DNA of 10,314 nucleotides from a virus: UHGV virus genome UHGV-0113241; one strand, 5' to 3'. Shown piece by piece: positions 8,636 to 10,314 of this stretch (position 1 is its first letter; each line of letters starts with the position of its first letter). The notes under the pieces were generated by a model. It saw only the letters and a program-made list of their open reading frames with translations, ran no database searches and was not told where the DNA came from. The position numbers and the translations under genes were made by a program.

Positions 8636-8786
8636 TTAATAGCTCCTCATATTTCGAACGAGGTAATTGATAGAGGGTGATTCCAACCGGTTTCCCGTTA
8701 CTCATGTACGCATCATCAAGGTGACCAACACGGGTAATGATTAACAGCCCATGACAGGCAGACGATGATGCAGATAACCAGAGCGG
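8622..8786 (-). pseudogene. Possible 3' remnant (about 50 codons) of the gene that normally precedes gene 7 in P22-like phages (head-completion or DNA-stabilisation gene), left by the inferred deletion
   Basis: On the minus strand, a third frame is open across the point where Q similarity ends and terminates at a TAG that overlaps the gp7-like start by 11 nt (ATGTTAGTACTTAG), the usual compact gene-end overlap in phage operons. Predicted tail '...RVGHLDDAYMSNGKPVGITLYQLPRSKYEELLNVST'. No sequence recognition of this fragment; purely positional. Confidence 0.3.
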
Positions 8787-8995
8787 AGATAGTTGATAGC
8801 CTTTTGTTTGTCGTTCTGGCTTAGTTCGTGCTTACCACAGAATGCAGCCATTCCGAATCCGGCTTGTGATTGCGCCATCCCCATAGCAGCCATCACATCA
8901 GTACCGGAAAGAGAGTCAGAAGCCGTAGCCCGTGGTGAGTCGCTCATCATCGGGCTTTTTGGCGAATGAAATTTAGCTACGCTTTCGAGTCTCAT
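8741..8995 (-). pseudogene. Truncated late-gene antiterminator Q (lambda-type): N-terminal ~70 aa only, followed by 14 unrelated codons and a stop
   Basis: 'MRLESVAKFHSPKSPMMSDSPRATASDSLSGTDVMAAMGMAQSQAGFGMAAFCGKHELSQNDKQKAINYL' matches my recollection of the lambda Q N-terminus. The ORF then reads 'RSGYLHHRLPVMGC*' instead of continuing into the Cys-rich zinc-binding region. Start overlaps the NinH stop (ATGA). The match is recalled, not aligned. Confidence 0.6.
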
Positions 8996-9180
8996 CGTCT
9001 TCCCCTCTTGCCCTGTTTGACCATCAGGACGCCGTTAACTATTACATGACGCTCGCCTTTGCTGTCTCGGTTGTACTTGAGCACTGTTCCTCTTGCGCAG
9101 GAAAGCATCCTTGCCACTTCGGTCTGATCGCCTCGTGTCTGGATAAGAAGCTCTGGTATCGTTTGAATTGTGGCGTTCAT
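8992..9180 (-). CDS. ninH: NinH-like small DNA-binding protein of the lambdoid nin region
   Basis: 62 aa; 'TIPELLIQTRGDQTEVARMLSCARGTVLKYNRDSKGERHVIVNGVLMV' parallels lambda NinH ('TIPDML...GNQTEVARRL.CSRGTVRKY...HAIVNDVLMV') as I recall it. Sits directly upstream of Q in the nin operon. Confidence 0.8.
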   Translation of the reverse strand: MNATIQTIPELLIQTRGDQTEVARMLSCARGTVLKYNRDSKGERHVIVNGVLMVKQGKRGRR

Positions 9181-9539
9181 GCGTTCTCCAGTTCGGTGAT
9201 TTTTATTCCAAGCCTTCCGCCTGGTACTTTCACGCCACGAATTACGCGAATGTCATCGAATTGCTCGTCGTCTTCCGCAAATCCGGCGTGGATAAGGGAG
9301 TCGAGTAAACCTTTCAGGATGTTGTCGAGGTCGCGGCGGCGGGAGTCTGGAACGTCTGCGATGACTTTGATGCGGAGTCGTGATTTGGTGAAAATGTCTA
9401 ACTTAAGTTGGCGGATGATTTGCTGAACGTCTTTTCGGTATTTCTGGCCTTTATCGCTGATGTAGTATTGGCTTCCCCGTCTTCGCCAGTAGGTATTCAC
9501 CGACGGCGGGTATGGAAGCACAAACTGATATTCGTTCAT
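9177..9539 (-). CDS. rusA: RusA Holliday-junction resolvase (crossover junction endodeoxyribonuclease)
   Basis: 120 aa, the same length as E. coli RusA. Conserved pattern 'LPYPPSVNTY...PDSRRRDLDN...GFAEDDEQ...GGRLGIKITE' including the acidic catalytic residues. ATGA overlaps with both flanking genes. Confidence 0.9.
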   Translation of the reverse strand: MNEYQFVLPYPPSVNTYWRRRGSQYYISDKGQKYRKDVQQIIRQLKLDIFTKSRLRIKVIADVPDSRRRDLDNILKGLLDSLIHAGFAEDDEQFDDIRVIRGVKVPGGRLGIKITELENA

Positions 9540-9826
9540 GACTTAATCTTCCCCTCCTTCAGCAGTATCGCCTGCGTCCTGAGCACGCCTTCGAGGTGGT
9601 AAAGTCTGGCGTCTTTGTTGTCGAGGTTATGGGTGCGTCGGTCAATTTCATCGTGACACGCGCTACAAGCCCATGCGCCGATCAGGTCGTCAGGCTTCAT
9701 TCCAGTTCCGCAAATTCCAGCCATCCGGTAATGTGCCAGAACTGTAGTTTCAGGATTGCCATTGCATACACCGTAAATACGTACCTGGCATTCTCTGCCG
9801 CGCGCTTCTTTGCGTAGGTTAGCCAT
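9536..9826 (-). CDS. ybcO: DUF1364-family nin-region protein (YbcO-like), Cys/His-rich, putative metal-binding nuclease
   Basis: 96 aa; 'RGRECQVRIYGVCNGNPETTVLAH...CSACHDEIDRRTH' resembles the DLP12 prophage protein YbcO, which lies immediately upstream of rusA in E. coli K-12 as I recall. Position relative to rusA agrees. Confidence 0.6.
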   Translation of the reverse strand: MANLRKEARGRECQVRIYGVCNGNPETTVLAHYRMAGICGTGMKPDDLIGAWACSACHDEIDRRTHNLDNKDARLYHLEGVLRTQAILLKEGKIKS

Positions 9827-10095
9827 TATGGTTCACTCCAGTAATTCTCAATTGCAGCAGCCATTCTCTGCATCCACTCAGCCAGCTTTAACGCGGCTTC
9901 TCTTTCAGAACCACATTTAGGGAAATCCTTCATTTCCATGCTGGCCTTATATGTTCTGAATGACAGGTCTCCGGTAATAACCAACTCCTGATCAAGCACC
10001 GAGCGTTTATTCCGGTGTTGAACGTAATAGACAGATTCAGTCCGCATTTCTTCTCTGTCTTTTTTGAAGGAAATAAGCTCAGAGAAATCACTCAT
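9826..10095 (-). CDS. Hypothetical nin-region protein (89 aa), family not recognised
   Basis: Intact ORF, translationally coupled to its neighbours (its ATG overlaps the NinF stop in ATGAGTGA; its stop abuts the YbcO-like start). Acidic, no recognisable motif. Confidence 0.45.
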   Translation of the reverse strand: MSDFSELISFKKDREEMRTESVYYVQHRNKRSVLDQELVITGDLSFRTYKASMEMKDFPKCGSEREAALKLAEWMQRMAAAIENYWSEP

Positions 10096-10264
10096 CGTCT
10101 TCTTCCTCGTACATTGAGCTATTCGGATCGCTCATCAGTTCTGCGCAGCAATCTGAGCACACGTGAACTTCCAGCACATGCAGCTTCTGACCGCAGTTAG
10201 CGCACGTTAAAGCCCGCTCGACGCTTTCTTTCTGGTATTGAAGGGATTGGGATGGGCTAAGCAT
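10088..10264 (-). CDS. ninF: NinF-like small protein of the lambdoid nin region
   Basis: Not in the supplied ORF track (below its length cutoff). Hand translation of the minus strand gives a 58-aa ORF 'MLSPSQSLQYQKESVERALTCANCGQKLHVLEVHVCSDCCAELMSDPNSSMYEEEDDE', which matches my recollection of lambda NinF almost residue for residue, including the CxxC...C.DCC cluster. ATG at 10262..10264, stop at 10088..10090. Confidence 0.75.
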   Translation of the reverse strand: MLSPSQSLQYQKESVERALTCANCGQKLHVLEVHVCSDCCAELMSDPNSSMYEEEDDE

Positions 10265-10314
10265 TATTGGCGTCCTGCATCATGAGAAATACAATCATGG
10301 CGGCGCGGAGAGGC

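Larger units (their letters stand above)
1..10314. mobile_element. Integrase-proximal end of a P22/Sf6-like lambdoid prophage, apparently defective (int, O-antigen acetyltransferase cargo, tailspike, ejection proteins, Q fragment, nin region)
   Basis: Gene content and order match the conserved P22-like late-region end (7-20-16-tailspike, then conversion gene, then int) joined to a lambda-like nin operon. No lysis, terminase or capsid genes are present between the Q fragment and the gp7-like gene. Window edges are not the element boundaries. Confidence 0.85.

Noticed and set aside
9046..9817. Plus-strand ORFs 9046..9426 (126 aa), 9408..9602 and 9596..9817 as candidate antisense or toxin genes
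   Set aside because: They run antisense across the coupled NinH, RusA and YbcO-like genes, whose identities are well supported; no independent signals.

Overview
The window reads as the integrase-proximal end of a P22/Sf6-like lambdoid prophage, probably sitting just downstream of a tRNA attachment site that lies outside the window. From left to right: a P4/Sf6-type tyrosine integrase (+), an AT-rich cargo gene for an acyltransferase-3 family O-antigen acetyltransferase (+), a bidirectional terminator hairpin, a P22-type tailspike (-), three ejection-protein genes in the conserved gp7-gp20-gp16 order (-), and then a lambda-like nin region (NinF, an 89-aa unknown, YbcO-like, RusA, NinH) ending in what looks like only the first ~70 codons of a lambda-type Q antiterminator (-). 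Two things stand out. First, the acetyltransferase gene is split into two reading frames exactly at a tandem 10-bp repeat (CCAGCAACAG, about 4.9 copies, 2107..2155); a unit that is not a multiple of 3 inside a surface-modification gene is the signature of a slipped-strand phase-variation switch, here in the OFF frame. Second, the Q fragment is followed only ~100 bp later by the gp7-like gene, so the lysis, terminase, portal, scaffold and coat genes that should lie between them appear to have been deleted, yet the tailspike, ejection and conversion genes remain intact. All protein identifications rest on my recollection of family sequences and on synteny, not on a database search; GC statements are by eye.
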